NCBI GenBank assembly: GCA_000934665.2
Contig: JYFJ02002924.1
Location: 1-48,616, forward strand
Length of the DNA: 48,616 nucleotides
Reading direction: 5' to 3'
Source of the DNA: Catajapyx aquilonaris
Taxonomy: Eukaryota
Made by a program: the position numbers and the translations under genes. The first letter of the stretch is position 1. Every line of letters begins with the position of its first letter. The notes below the pieces were generated by a model that was given only the letters and a program-made list of their open reading frames with translations, did no database searches and was not told the DNA's origin. Below, piece after piece: positions 28,201-39,440 of this stretch.

Positions 28201-29306
28201 AATTTGTCATTGGGGAAATGCGAAATCGGACAAAAATGTAACTGGGTGAAAAATTAGAGTGTCCCAAATTCATATGAAGCGTGCGGAAACTTGGCCGAAT
28301 TGTGACAATGGAATAACTTCATGAGTTGACGGCAAAAATTTTATATCCGCTTTGGACGCTTGAAAAATGATCAAGAAACGTTTGTATAATATGTACTACT
28401 ATCGATAATATTTTGTAAATGTTATGCTATCAACTCATTTCCGATTTGATACTTTGATAATCTGGCTTTATCACGTTGCAGATTAAGATACGGATCAGTC
28501 TTATCACGATTCACGAATTTTTGTTTCAGCGTGTTCATTAAAAATTTGACCGTTTCAGTTTTAAAATATGAGACGGGCTTTTCCGTCAAATTCATTAACG
28601 GGTTTTGGGTGCTGGTTTAGGTCTCACCTAGAGTGCACCCTTGTTACGTAGACTCCGGTTTTCGTGATAGCAATTAAAAGTTTTCAAGCATAAGATTGAA
28701 TGTCCAGTGCTGTTTACTGATGTGAAATATACAACCTAATTATGTGTAACCGAAGAGGAATTGATTGACTTTTATAGTCAGTGGATAGCTGAGTCAGTGC
28801 TATACGGTACGGTGTCCGTATATGCCAAGTTATTTTCACGATATTTTTATGTAGCAATATGAGAAAAATGTTTTCATATGCCAGGAATGTCACAATAGTT
28901 ACCGTATCTGAAATGGGTTTGCAGGAACGACCGCACTTCATTTCAAAAAGTCTACGAAATGTTCGTTGGGGTTTCGGACATTTCTCTTCCCCGCGCCTAC
29001 TTCTGCCTTGGTACTATACCAAGTTCAAAAATTCACCACTTGGCAAAAATATAGAAAGCAATTGTCTGAATATTCATTTACAACGGAATTGTCCTAATCT
29101 AAAGAATATCAAAGAAACTTAATCCCGCCCGATCCGTAGTTACTCAAATTGGGGCGTAATATTCAAAAAATATATATATTGAGAAGCGGTAAATGTTGTT
29201 CCGTAATATGCGGAATATGAATATGAATTCTCTCCATAATCGCGTAGGTTTATTCGGTATTCGTCCGTTGCTCCCACTCACCAACAAGCCTCTCTTCTCC
29301 TATGCC

Positions 29307-29457
29307 TCAGTCGCTTTGCTTCCCAATCACAATATCTGTCCAACAATCATTTGCAAAATTATCCAGTCACATTGTAAATGCGAATTCTGCACTGAACCTT
29401 GTCTCGACTTATTCTTAAAAGCAAATACCACAATCCTGAAGCAATACCCGCGTAAGT
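29307..29457 (+). promoter_or_regulatory. Candidate Inr-type TSS and non-coding first exon (about 29309-29451)
   Basis: TCAGTC (arthropod Inr consensus TCAKTY) at 29307-29312, GC-box-like CCGCCC near 29125, and a GTAAGT donor at 29452-29457. Motif evidence only. Confidence 0.3.
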
Positions 29458-29599
29458 TACGCACATCTGTCGGAACTCGGAAGGGTCTGTATATCGCCGA
29501 ATCCGAAACAACAAGCAAGGGTCCCGCACATATCGCTTCCATCTGGCAAAAATTGAAAAACGCATAAGGCGAATTTTGATTTGGACCCAGCAGCGAGAG

Positions 29600-30600
29600 A
29601 AGCATCTCGATTTTCCGCGCTCGTTTGCGGCGAGAGCGAGTTGACCACCGAGGGGGCCAACCAAATGTTGGGTGTGAGCCGAGTGAGAAACGGTCTCTGG
29701 GAACAAGAGGGGACCATGCGAACCGCAGCAAAACAAGTCCGCGATTAATTTTCACGATATTTCCGCCGGCGCCGTGGACGCAGCGGGCTCCCGAGAGTGT
29801 GTCTGACGTTAATGCTTTATACTTCTTTCTAAAGGGGGTTGGAAGGGAGTAAGTAGGAGGCAGGGAATTGCACCTTTCGGAGTTTGCGGTTTTGCTGGCG
29901 TCTTCCGCCGCTTCCCGCAGACTTCTTGGCCCCCGTTGCCGCCCTCACTATTCATACCCCCCTCTTTTGTCCCTTTCCTCCTTAGCCGGAGACCCGTTTT
30001 GTTCTTTTCAGCCTCTCCTCTTAAGCGTAATCATCATCTCCGCTAACTGCTCCACTTGCCTTTTGTCCAAGCCCGCCCCCCCTAACTTGGGCATCGTTAT
30101 CGCAAACCAGCTATTCCTCCCGAGAATTTCATGCGTGGTATATACGAAAAGTAGTGCGGGCGATTCGGGACAGAAAAGGCCGGGTGGGTCGAGCGTCGGC
30201 ATCGGCCAAAAGTTCCGCCGGGTTTCGCGGGGTGGGTAGGACCGGTTTGATTAACAGAGGCGAGGATGTTGGCGCTGGAAAAGTCTCGCTCGGCGGCGCA
30301 TCATGATGTGCATGTGTGGAGGTGCGTGCGAGTGTATCGTACTTGCCAGGACGGAGTAATTAGGCATGCTGGGCATGTGGGTCCGCCGAGAGGAGCCCCG
30401 AGTTTGCGGCCAGGCGGTTTTCGCACTGCTTTTTGGCCAAGACGGGATTATTTGCTTTCATATAAGTACTGGGAACATGTAGGGGAAAAATTCGGTGTAC
30501 CCGGAAAATTAATGCATCAATTTTCTATTTGGTTTTTCGATTGGCGCGGTCCGGGCGGCCTCGGGGTTGAATTCATGCTCTTTACGGAGTCGAGGTTTGT
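29600..30600. promoter_or_regulatory. GC/CpG-rich, promoter-proximal-like segment
   Basis: Visibly dense CG dinucleotides (e.g. CCGCCGGCGCCGTGGACGCAGCGG, GGCGCGGTCCGGGCGGCC), flanked by AT-rich DNA on both sides. Judged by eye, not computed. Confidence 0.4.
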
Positions 30601-31674
30601 TATTTCATGTTGTACACAATTACGAGTACTTTAAGTCAACTCGATAACCATTTAATTAATCCAATATCGCCGCGAGTTGTGCAGGGGGATGGGAAAATAC
30701 GCAGCTGGTGATTTCAGCGGCTGTAGGCTATGTTTTGACAGTTACATCCAGTTAGTCGGGTCTTTTCCTAGGCGGCAGAGGTCGGAGATAGACGCCGAGT
30801 CTATTGCTAGTGATTTGCAAAGTTGTGAAACTACGGGAATTCGGATCGGAACAATTCGCGCATCACTTTTTGAGTGATTTCCCAGCATAATTAGAATGCG
30901 TACTTGCAATTATTATTATTAGCCTTCATAAGTATAAAAGCTATAATGCGTTTCTATATTGTTGAAAGTAATATGTTGTAACTTAGTAATTGCATTGTAC
31001 TGACGCTTGCGGATGACTGGCAGGACGCAGTGTGTACAAACGTAAAAGCATGTAAGTTATTTAAGACGCATATGCCGCGAGTATACTGTTGCCGTGGACG
31101 TGTATTCACGGGAATGACAATTAGCGGCCTACCCGCAGAAGCCGTTCCGCAATACGAGCATTTACATATATCTGCAAATTTTCATAATATGCTTTTATGC
31201 AAAATAACAATTACTGATGTTTTCTCTAGTGCTCTTGCTTCAATTATCAAAGTGAAGCGTGTGTATGAAAGCGCAGAAAAATTAGATTGCCCGCGATAGT
31301 TCAATTTTCACCGTAAATTAATAAAATACTGCTACGCTGAGTGTTTCATGGAACGAGTTATACAATTTGTAGCTTTTCAAAGTAATGTGTGCACATTATA
31401 AAATATTCTCCATTCCATTTTGTTGCATGTTACTTCAAATATGAATTACTCCCGCTGAACTCTATATACTCGGGCATCGTAACGTAAGCGTAACGAATTT
31501 TGATATAAAACTATCCGAAATTGCTTATAGTTATTCTTGAATTGTAGGCAATGTTCGACTTTTCGGCGGTAAGAATTTGTCCGATTTTTACAGCTACTCT
31601 TTTTCCGACATCGATTGCCTTCAACCCCTCGATTAGGGGGAAAAGTTAGACTATACTTTATTTTACCAATTCTG

Positions 31675-31990
31675 TATCGATACGTATAAGTAGGTTGTGC
31701 ATCACTAAAATGGCGTCTTATAAAAAGAAAAAAGGGGTTGGAAGGAGCTCTCGTCCTTTCGACGGAAAATTTGGTGGGCGTGAAAAGCTTTCTCTCCGCC
31801 CCCGACTCCCAGATTAGAGAATTTTTTTCTCGCTAAAAAAGAATCGGCGCAGCTTCCAAAATTCTTGCACCCTCTACGTCAGAAATGGCAGGTAATGGGG
31901 CAAATCGGACGATTGGAGCTTTCACCTGCCAATCACATTGACGTCACTTTTCCCATCGATGCGCAGTCATTTGTCTGCACATCTTCAGTC
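31675..31990 (+). promoter_or_regulatory. Candidate Pol II core/proximal promoter
   Basis: DRE TATCGATA 31675-31682; GC box CCGCCC about 31796-31801; inverted CCAAT 31912-31916; CCAAT 31929-31933; CRE TGACGTCA 31939-31946; ATCGAT 31955-31960; Inr TCAGTC 31985-31990. Order and spacing are promoter-like. Confidence 0.45.
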
Positions 31991-32571
31991 GAGTTTTCTT
32001 CCCATCCAAAAATATTTCATATATTACAACAATAGCGAATGACTGGAATAATTCTTCAAAATGAAAGAGGTGCGCAATATTCCGCTTTGTGTTATTTCGC
32101 ATTTACCTTGTTGAATTAAACAACACCCGCTTCCATACAGGCATATATTTTCATTTGGAACTTTTCGGATATAAAAAAAAACCTGGACTGGTTCTATCGG
32201 GAATCAAATCATTGGATTGGACTAGTAGAACCCGAGCAACATTCCTCCCCCCCTCTCTCCGGAGCCATGAATCGGACAGGTTTTCTCGAGAAGTTTTTCC
32301 TTCTTTTTATCATTCTCTCGGTTCGGAACGTCGCTTTACCGAGTACCCCTGAATTTACGGTAATTACTGCATGGCTATCCGAGAGCCGCCATACATCATC
32401 GGACATCTACTGACCCTTCCGCCCAGCCCGCCTGACTTGAGATATGGCCTCCCCCTCTGCTTTTACCCCCCTACTCTTCCTTTTCAAAATATATTAAAAG
32501 GAAAAGGGGGGCAAGGGGGAGAGGCTCGGATGTAAAAAAAATCCCACTTTGCAATTCGCTTTTCATTGAGA

Positions 32572-32590
32572 AGCGTTCAGTTTGAACGCT
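32572..32590 (+). promoter_or_regulatory. Candidate Inr (TCAGTT, 32577-32582) inside an 8-bp inverted repeat
   Basis: AGCGTTCA-GTT-TGAACGCT; no DPE at +28..32 and no clear donor downstream. Confidence 0.2.
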
Positions 32591-33488
32591 ACTGAACCGC
32601 TGCACTGAAATAGAACCATATTAGTTAAGTGCATACAGTACATTAGTCCCCGTACCTGTAAACAATCGAGCAATTGGTCAAAAAAATTCAGCCGGAGAGA
32701 GCTGTGCGGAGAGGCGGTATCGGAGAGTTGAATAGGCGAATGGACGCGAAATTTTTCCGTGTGCGGAACGAAATGTAGTCGGGGAGGGGTTTGACATGTA
32801 TAGGCCTATAAATATTGGCAGCCTGAAAGTGAAAATTTGCAGCAGCGTGAATGATGGCGTGTTCTTTGTCGGAGGATTATGAGCGGGACAGTAATGTTCT
32901 TAGGGGCGCCGACAAAGGTTAAGCAAATAGCAATTAAGTCTCCCATGGAAATGAAATCCTAGGTATTCTAGCATGCGAACTATTTGCTCAGATTTCAGGA
33001 GACCCAAAGAGGAAGGGGGTGGAAAATCCTCCACGCACGGACGGGTCCAGAAAAGGAATTAAAATCTGCTTATTAAGAATGAGAAGTACTGAGAGAGGGG
33101 CGACAGCGAGTTAAACTTTGAGCAAAGTTTGGGCGGGAAATTTGGCGGGCCATGTGGCCCTCCGAATAAACTTTGGTGGAATTGAAAAGTGGCAACTACC
33201 TGTGCCGACAGTTGAATCGAAGCCGCGTGGGCTGGACCTCGAAGGGTAGGCAGCAGGGCTATGCAGGGTTGGCTGGCTGGTTGGCTGGCTTAGGGGGGGT
33301 GCTGGCTGGCTGGCAGAGGGCGTCGGGCACGTCCGCGAGGCCTGGCCGACGACTGGCAAATGTGGCTGGAGAACCGCGCGCGCCCAGAGAGAAGACAGAA
33401 AAGCCCGAGCCAGAGCTATTGATTGCCAGCGCCCTAAGTGCAAGCTGTACCAGCGTAAGGATTAGAGCAGCTTGGAGGAGGAGCCCTG

Positions 33489-33512
33489 GGTGGTGGTGGT
33501 GGTGGTGGTGGT
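33489..33512. repeat. (GGT)8 microsatellite
   Basis: Read directly from the sequence. Confidence 0.9.
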
Positions 33513-33964
33513 AGGGGGTGGAGCTGGTTCAGATGGGGGTGTATGAAAAAGGGGGAGGCAAACCCCCTCTTTTTTAAGGTATTGGTACCTGAAACACTGA
33601 GTGTCCTCTGGGTTCCTCCATGTCTGCCTTCTTCGCACTCACTACCTCGAGGCTCTTGGCGCAAAAAGAATCCGGGGTGGGCTCCCCCTCCCCACCAAAA
33701 AAAAGGAAAAGAAAAAAAAGTTTGCTCTACAAGTCACACAACTTTCAAACAAGAAAAGTAACAGACCTTCTTTAAGATTCAAGACTATTTTTAAAAGTTT
33801 CTACTTCTTTTGGTAGTGAATGACCAACTTTGTTCCATCAAAACATGGAGGGGCGCCGAAAAGAGAGCCAGTAGGATCAAGTTTTAAGGAATAGGTTAAT
33901 TCTTGGGTTGACCTACCAAAAGGTAGAATGACTTACAGTTTACACGAAACAGTCACCATCGAGA

Positions 33965-34002
33965 TTTTTTGTGCCATCCTTGATCTACTGTTGCAGGTAA
34001 GG
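33965..34002 (+). other. Candidate recursive splice site (3' splice site abutting a 5' splice site)
   Basis: TTTTTTGTGCCATCCTTGATCTACTGTTGCAG|GTAAGG: AG-free pyrimidine-rich tract, AG 33995-33996, GT 33997-33998. Confidence 0.35.
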
Positions 34003-35710
34003 ACAAACTTTTTTTCCCCACAAACAACAAAGTTGGCGGAATATTTTCACAAATTAATGAAACTTGGATGCGCAAAGCATTCTTTTACAATGGAATGGAT
34101 CGTGCAAAAATATGCAACCCCTCATTTTTTCTAATGTTTGTATGTCTAAATAATATAAAAACCCGATATCCAGAATTCTATTGGCAAGAGAGTGGGAAAA
34201 TGAAAAACAACGCGCGGGATTACATGATTACTCTATTCCCCGCTTTTGCTTTGAGAACACTCATTCAGCACCCTGCATTATAAATTGTCCCCTCACATAA
34301 CAAATTAAAATTTTGAACCAATTTGCGACTGCAGTTCCAACTCTGTCCAAAGTATGATTGGATTTCGGAAAAAACTAGAATTATTTTTTTTTCTCCGGCC
34401 CGGTCATAACTATGTCCAGTTAGCGCAACTAGATTAATTTTATTAAACGATAGGTGTTTGCTAACACTAATGATTGAGCGTAAGTTTTTTTTAAATGTTG
34501 GTGATGGAATGTGGAGGTTTTGCCTTAAACGGTGGTTGTGCTGGCAAGAGCGGCGCCGCTCCCATTGCCCCGTGATGGACTGCATCCTTCCCCTTTCTCC
34601 TCCGCACAATGAGCCCGCATTTGAATAGCCAGCCTGCAGATTTACATAAAATGTCTGCATATGTCGGAGCAACAACAACGAGCTGCCCGCATCACACTTC
34701 CCTTACCACCTCCCGCAGGGATGCCCAAAGTGCCCCTACCACACCACATCTTTCTCTCTCTTTTTGTCGACCCATGCACGACATCAAAACACAACTGGGT
34801 GCATGACACTGCGAATCGGTCATGAAAATGGATTATGAGGGTGGTTATATCTCTACCAAAAAGGACTGGCAGAAAAATAAATATTGCAGGTTCATCCCAT
34901 GAATTGGTTTGATATGATATCAGGATGACTTAAAACCAATACTATGCAGCCAAAATTAATACAGCTTATTAAGAACGCAATTTTTGGCAACAGAGACCGT
35001 CTGGTTGCACCTAGACTGGACATCCCTGTCGCAAGCGGCCCCTTCTATTGTTATTCGGAAGCTGACCGCCTGGTGATGAATGTCGGGGAAATACGATTGT
35101 CCGAAAGAAGCCTTGCGCGTCTGCTTCGCTGAAAAGGGGCCTCCAACCCACTCACCTCCTCCCTCCCCTTTTACCTCCCCCTCCATCCTCCCTCCCCTAG
35201 GCATCCCCCAGGGTGTGTTCACATGAATACACGTCCAGGACCATCTTTAAAGTTTGTGCCCAAACAGCTCCGTCGGGAAATGCTGAACGGTCATGAGGAA
35301 GATCACGCCCCTTTCCTCCTCTCCCTTTTTGTTTTTTTCTCTCCCCATTCCCTTCTCCACCATCCGCAATTCCTCGACTTTGCAACTGCCTTGCAAGAAA
35401 GTTCCGAGCCACCCGGTGATAATGCAAAAGACGTATGGGGAGTAGCCGTAAGAAAAAGCGTCTGGATGAATCAATAGTAGTTATGGAAGGAAGGAGGAGG
35501 AGGGGGGAGGGGGAGAGAGATCGGTGGAGGCAATTTTGGGTGTGGGTGCAAGTGGAGGAAAGTAATCCTGGGGAGAGGCGGGTCCCAAGGCTCACGCCTC
35601 AAGCTGCAAGCCGAGCCAAAGGTATAATTTTGTACGAGGGAGGGGGAGGAGGGGGGGCAGCCAGCACGTGGGGGGGAATAAAATTGTTGCGTCAATATAC
35701 AGCACATATG

Positions 35711-35833
35711 TGACTCATAGTATACGCCATATTTAAAATAAACTTCCAACTGACGTCACATTGTGATATACTCTAATTTTTAAACACATATGTGACGTCA
35801 TATATAGTGACACCACTATGTAATGTGACGTCA
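35711..35833. promoter_or_regulatory. bZIP site cluster: one TGACTCA and three TGACGTCA
   Basis: TGACTCA 35711-35717; TGACGTCA 35751-35758, 35793-35800 and 35826-35833. Confidence 0.5.
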
Positions 35834-36354
35834 CCCTTAAATTTTAAAATATCGGAGTGTATGTGGCTGAGGTTTTCAAGCTTCAACTTCCAGTACACTC
35901 GTGAATATTCATGGGCTCCTAGTCATCTTTAAGGACCGTCGCCTCACCTTCTTCACCACTTTTCTTGCCGGAAAAGAAGGGAGGGGGGTGCCCGGATTAC
36001 AATTGCAAATATCGCCATTCGACCAGGGGGCGCCGAGTTTAATCTCATCGCCCGCACTCTTTTTGCTCTGCTTACCCGGGCATCGCTGGGAAATTTCAAC
36101 GTCGCCCGAACGGAAAACGAGAACCCAAACGATAAGTATGAAAATCACCGCGATCAGTGTTTAAGACACATTTTTTTCATACAAGTAGGACCTACATACA
36201 CACTAATAATAATAATGGGCTATCAGAAGACCTAAGGTGTTTCACAAAAATAAGAAATTGGCAGGAAGCGGCAGGGTGCCAATTGGGGGAAGCCAAAGTA
36301 GCTGAATGTGTGTGTCCCTTGAGTCGGAAAATGGACAAGAGTTAGAGGGTTGGG

Positions 36355-36375
36355 GGAGGAGGAGGAGGAGGAGGA
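36355..36375. repeat. (GGA)7 microsatellite
   Basis: Read directly from the sequence. Confidence 0.9.
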
Positions 36376-36861
36376 GGGAGAAGAACGAGGTTGCGGAGTA
36401 CTAAGGGCCAACCAGCCCACAGAGTAGTTCGTCTGGGTCTTTTCCAGCACAGACGGAGACCAGGCATGGAAATCACGGTCGAGCAATGATGTCCGGAATG
36501 AATATATACTGCGAGGGGTTTAAGGGGGTGGAAAGAGAGGAGAGGAAAAGAATAAGGGCTGGACTGCACGTAGTCAAGCAGTTCCTGTGAATGTCGCGGA
36601 ACGTTGGACTCTGAATAACGCCGCACCCAAGAGGGTAACCGTGTACGTACGTCCCACTCAAAAATGTGGTCAATTTTCTTAACTGAGAATATGGTTGCTT
36701 AACTTATAATGGTGTGGCTATTGCTTTATATCGCGTCATAAAAATGTGCAGGAAATGCCCCACTTTCTGGCCTCATTGCGTAATAGGCGACTAGGGTTAC
36801 CTGCAAGTTTTCGGTTTCACTGGCTGGATCTTTGCTGGCACGTCTATATGCTGGCGAACCA

Positions 36862-36880
36862 ACACACACACACACACACA
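36862..36880. repeat. (AC)9 microsatellite
   Basis: Read directly from the sequence. Confidence 0.9.
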
Positions 36881-38993
36881 AGCCGCCTCCCCCAACCTGA
36901 TGGTTTCATATAAAAAGGAATGCCCCGCGTATTCCGGTTGTAAAATCTAGATGAGGTCGTAAAATAATTAGGCTTATTAGAACAATATAGGTGGAGATTT
37001 ATTAGGCTGCCCTTGCCTATACAAGGAAGAGCAATATCCCCGCTCGTTAGAGCTAGGGGGTCCGGCCTGGCTGCCCTAGCTTAGCCCAGAACTGGCCTGC
37101 CTCAGTGTCCGTCTATCGGATGCTGCTTTAAAAATAGCAACAACATAACCCCTCATTCTATGATCATCATATCTTGCGTGTGCGCCAAATAAAGTTTCGG
37201 ACAAACATGCAGCTTCTAGCAAACTTCTAATGTGGTGATTGCCACTCTTTCGTATCGAGAGACCCTGCACTTTTACCTATTCTCCTAGACGTGTATCCGC
37301 CGGGAAGGAAGGTTAGGTTATGAGGTAGGTTGGTGCAGCGTGCCCCTACCCCTGCCACATTCTGTCTACCATTACGAAAGTCCTTCCGAAGAAAATACCA
37401 TTTTAGTGGGGGTATTGTCACGGTATTGTGGACGTGTTTATCCTTGAAGTCAGGCTGCCCGCTTAACAGAAGAGCATCATGGGTAGCTCTGAAATGTTAG
37501 GATACACTCAAATTCCCACTTTTCAAACCCAAAATAAGCCTGCACCGGACCCTATTTGGGTCCGAGTCGCTCAGGAATTCTTCTCGTGGCACAGAGTTGT
37601 TGCGGGTAATAAAATTTATCTCGCTCCATCAGATGCTTTCCCAACCCACTCACGCCCCGGAAAGATGCAAAAATGGTCGCTTCCGCAAAAATCCCAACAC
37701 CGACTAATGAAAAAAGAGGGTCTCATTAGAATAAACGGGGGTAGCAAGAGGAATACGTGAGAAAGGAGCCGAATGCATGATAAATTTGCATGAGTGGCGG
37801 CCGCAGGTGGAAAGCGTTTTGAGCTTGATTAGAGAAAGTTGGAAGCGAGTGGGTGGGGGTTGGGTTGTCCGGCCAAGGGAGAGTCCTCCAGTTTGCAAAA
37901 CGTGTCGTCATGGGCCAGATCAACCGCACCGTGATTCAGAGTGAAGAGGCTTTGCATACCTCTCAGAAACTCCTTGCAACCCCCCTCCCGCCCACCCACT
38001 GCCTTTTGAGAGAATTACCGTCTGGCTGAGAACGCATTGAGCACTGCTGCCAACGAGGCTCTTGACGTGAACCTCCTCCTGCTGGAACGCACAGGATGTG
38101 CCATAACGACTCTACATCAAGAACAGAAGATGGTGATTGACATAACATCAGTGGCAACACTGCAGAAAAATTACTCGCAATTTTCATACGCTCCCAATGC
38201 CATGTTGCTCCGAATGATTCCCATGTTGCGACAACATTGTTGTCATTTTCTAACTCTGCTGACTTACTGCATCACCTTGTACACTAGATGGAATCTACCT
38301 TGCTCTATCCCTACTCATGTCCCTTTACCTGCCTGCCTACATTATCAGGCATGCGGATGGCATTGCTTTCCTCCAAATTCCTGTCCTCTGCTGCCTTGCC
38401 CCCTTCCTTATCTCCAACCTTACCCGATATGAACCGGGGGTGGGAGGAAGGGTCGGAAGAAGGAGAAAGGGAGGGGGGTGGAGGGGAATTATTAATTACC
38501 CGCCAGCTCAAAGGTCTACGACACCGGATTATTATTACCATTCCGAATTCCCAACCACTTACTCTCGATGTCGGAATCAAAGTAGCTCACCGGTCGCATT
38601 TTACTTATGCCAGGGTGGGTTTGATATTAACATGGAACCTATTCGTTTCGGTCTTTGTTGCAAGCTGGTAGTGCTAGTAGTAGTTAGGATGTGGGGGGGG
38701 GGATGTTCTGCGGGGCCTGGAAAGTAGATGTCTCTAGGGCGGCGCCAAGGCGAACGGCTAGGAGGCCCCCAATGAAGGCTCGTCCATCAATTTAAGGTGT
38801 TCTGCGAATCAAGTCTAAATTAGTGTGATTATTAGAGGAGGAGAAAGAGAAGCGGGGAGGAAGCAGGAAGGGAGACCTCCCCGCTCTTCTTCCTCCATCC
38901 AAGCTTAATCTGGGAGTGCTCTTTGTCTCTCGTCCAAGGCCCTTTAATCAATATTGATACGTTTCTACCCGCCCGTTTTCTCCGTCTCTACAG

Positions 38994-39077
38994 CCGTGCA
39001 CGTGTCCTCCGCATGTTTAAGCCGTTTCTTGAAGGATCATCATGTGGACAACGGTCAACCACAACCGGACTTAATAG
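38994..39077 (+). other. Candidate 84-nt internal exon (coding or 5'UTR) of an unidentified gene
   Basis: Acceptor TTTCTACCCGCCCGTTTTCTCCGTCTCTACAG| and donor AG|GTAAGT (39078-39083); length divisible by 3. Two open frames: RARVLRMFKPFLEGSSCGQRSTTTGLN and VHVSSACLSRFLKDHHVDNGQPQPDLI. Confidence 0.55.
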
Positions 39078-39332
39078 GTAAGTCATTTGTTGGCTGGGGC
39101 TGATCGTTTGCGCATAGCCACGTTCTAAGCTTAAATTGCGATCATGCTAATTGGGAGTAATAATGGAAGACATAAGGCTCAGTGTGTGTGTGTGTGTTGG
39201 TGTATTTGCGATTTCAGGAAGGGAAAAGCAGGCGCCGGGGGCCCAACCCCGGCTGGGGCCGTCCCGAGCCCTAATCTATGGGCCTTGTGATCAGAGCGAT
39301 GGCGCGATCGGGTCGCGCCGATATTTCACTCA

Positions 39333-39440
39333 CCCCCTCCCCCTCCCCCTCCCCCCTACCCCCTCCTTCTCCCCCCCTCCAATAGTCCCCACTCCCTCGA
39401 CCTTCTCCCAAAACTCTACCCACCCCCACCTCCTCCTCCT
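39333..39440. repeat. C-rich polypyrimidine tract (CCCCCT-like units); G-quadruplex/H-DNA potential
   Basis: CCCCCTCCCCCTCCCCCTCCCCCCTACCCCCTCC...; one of many such tracts in the window. Confidence 0.7.

Noticed and set aside
31950..31990. Minus-strand CTGAAGA followed by a stem (hammerhead-like)
   Set aside because: The stem is not followed by GAAA, so the core is incomplete.
33546..33575. Hairpin plus T run resembling an intrinsic terminator
   Set aside because: Eukaryotic context; explained by adjacent purine and pyrimidine homopolymers.
37321..37350. let-7-family seed TGAGGTAG with a short stem
   Set aside because: The rest does not match let-7 and the stem is far too short for a pre-miRNA.
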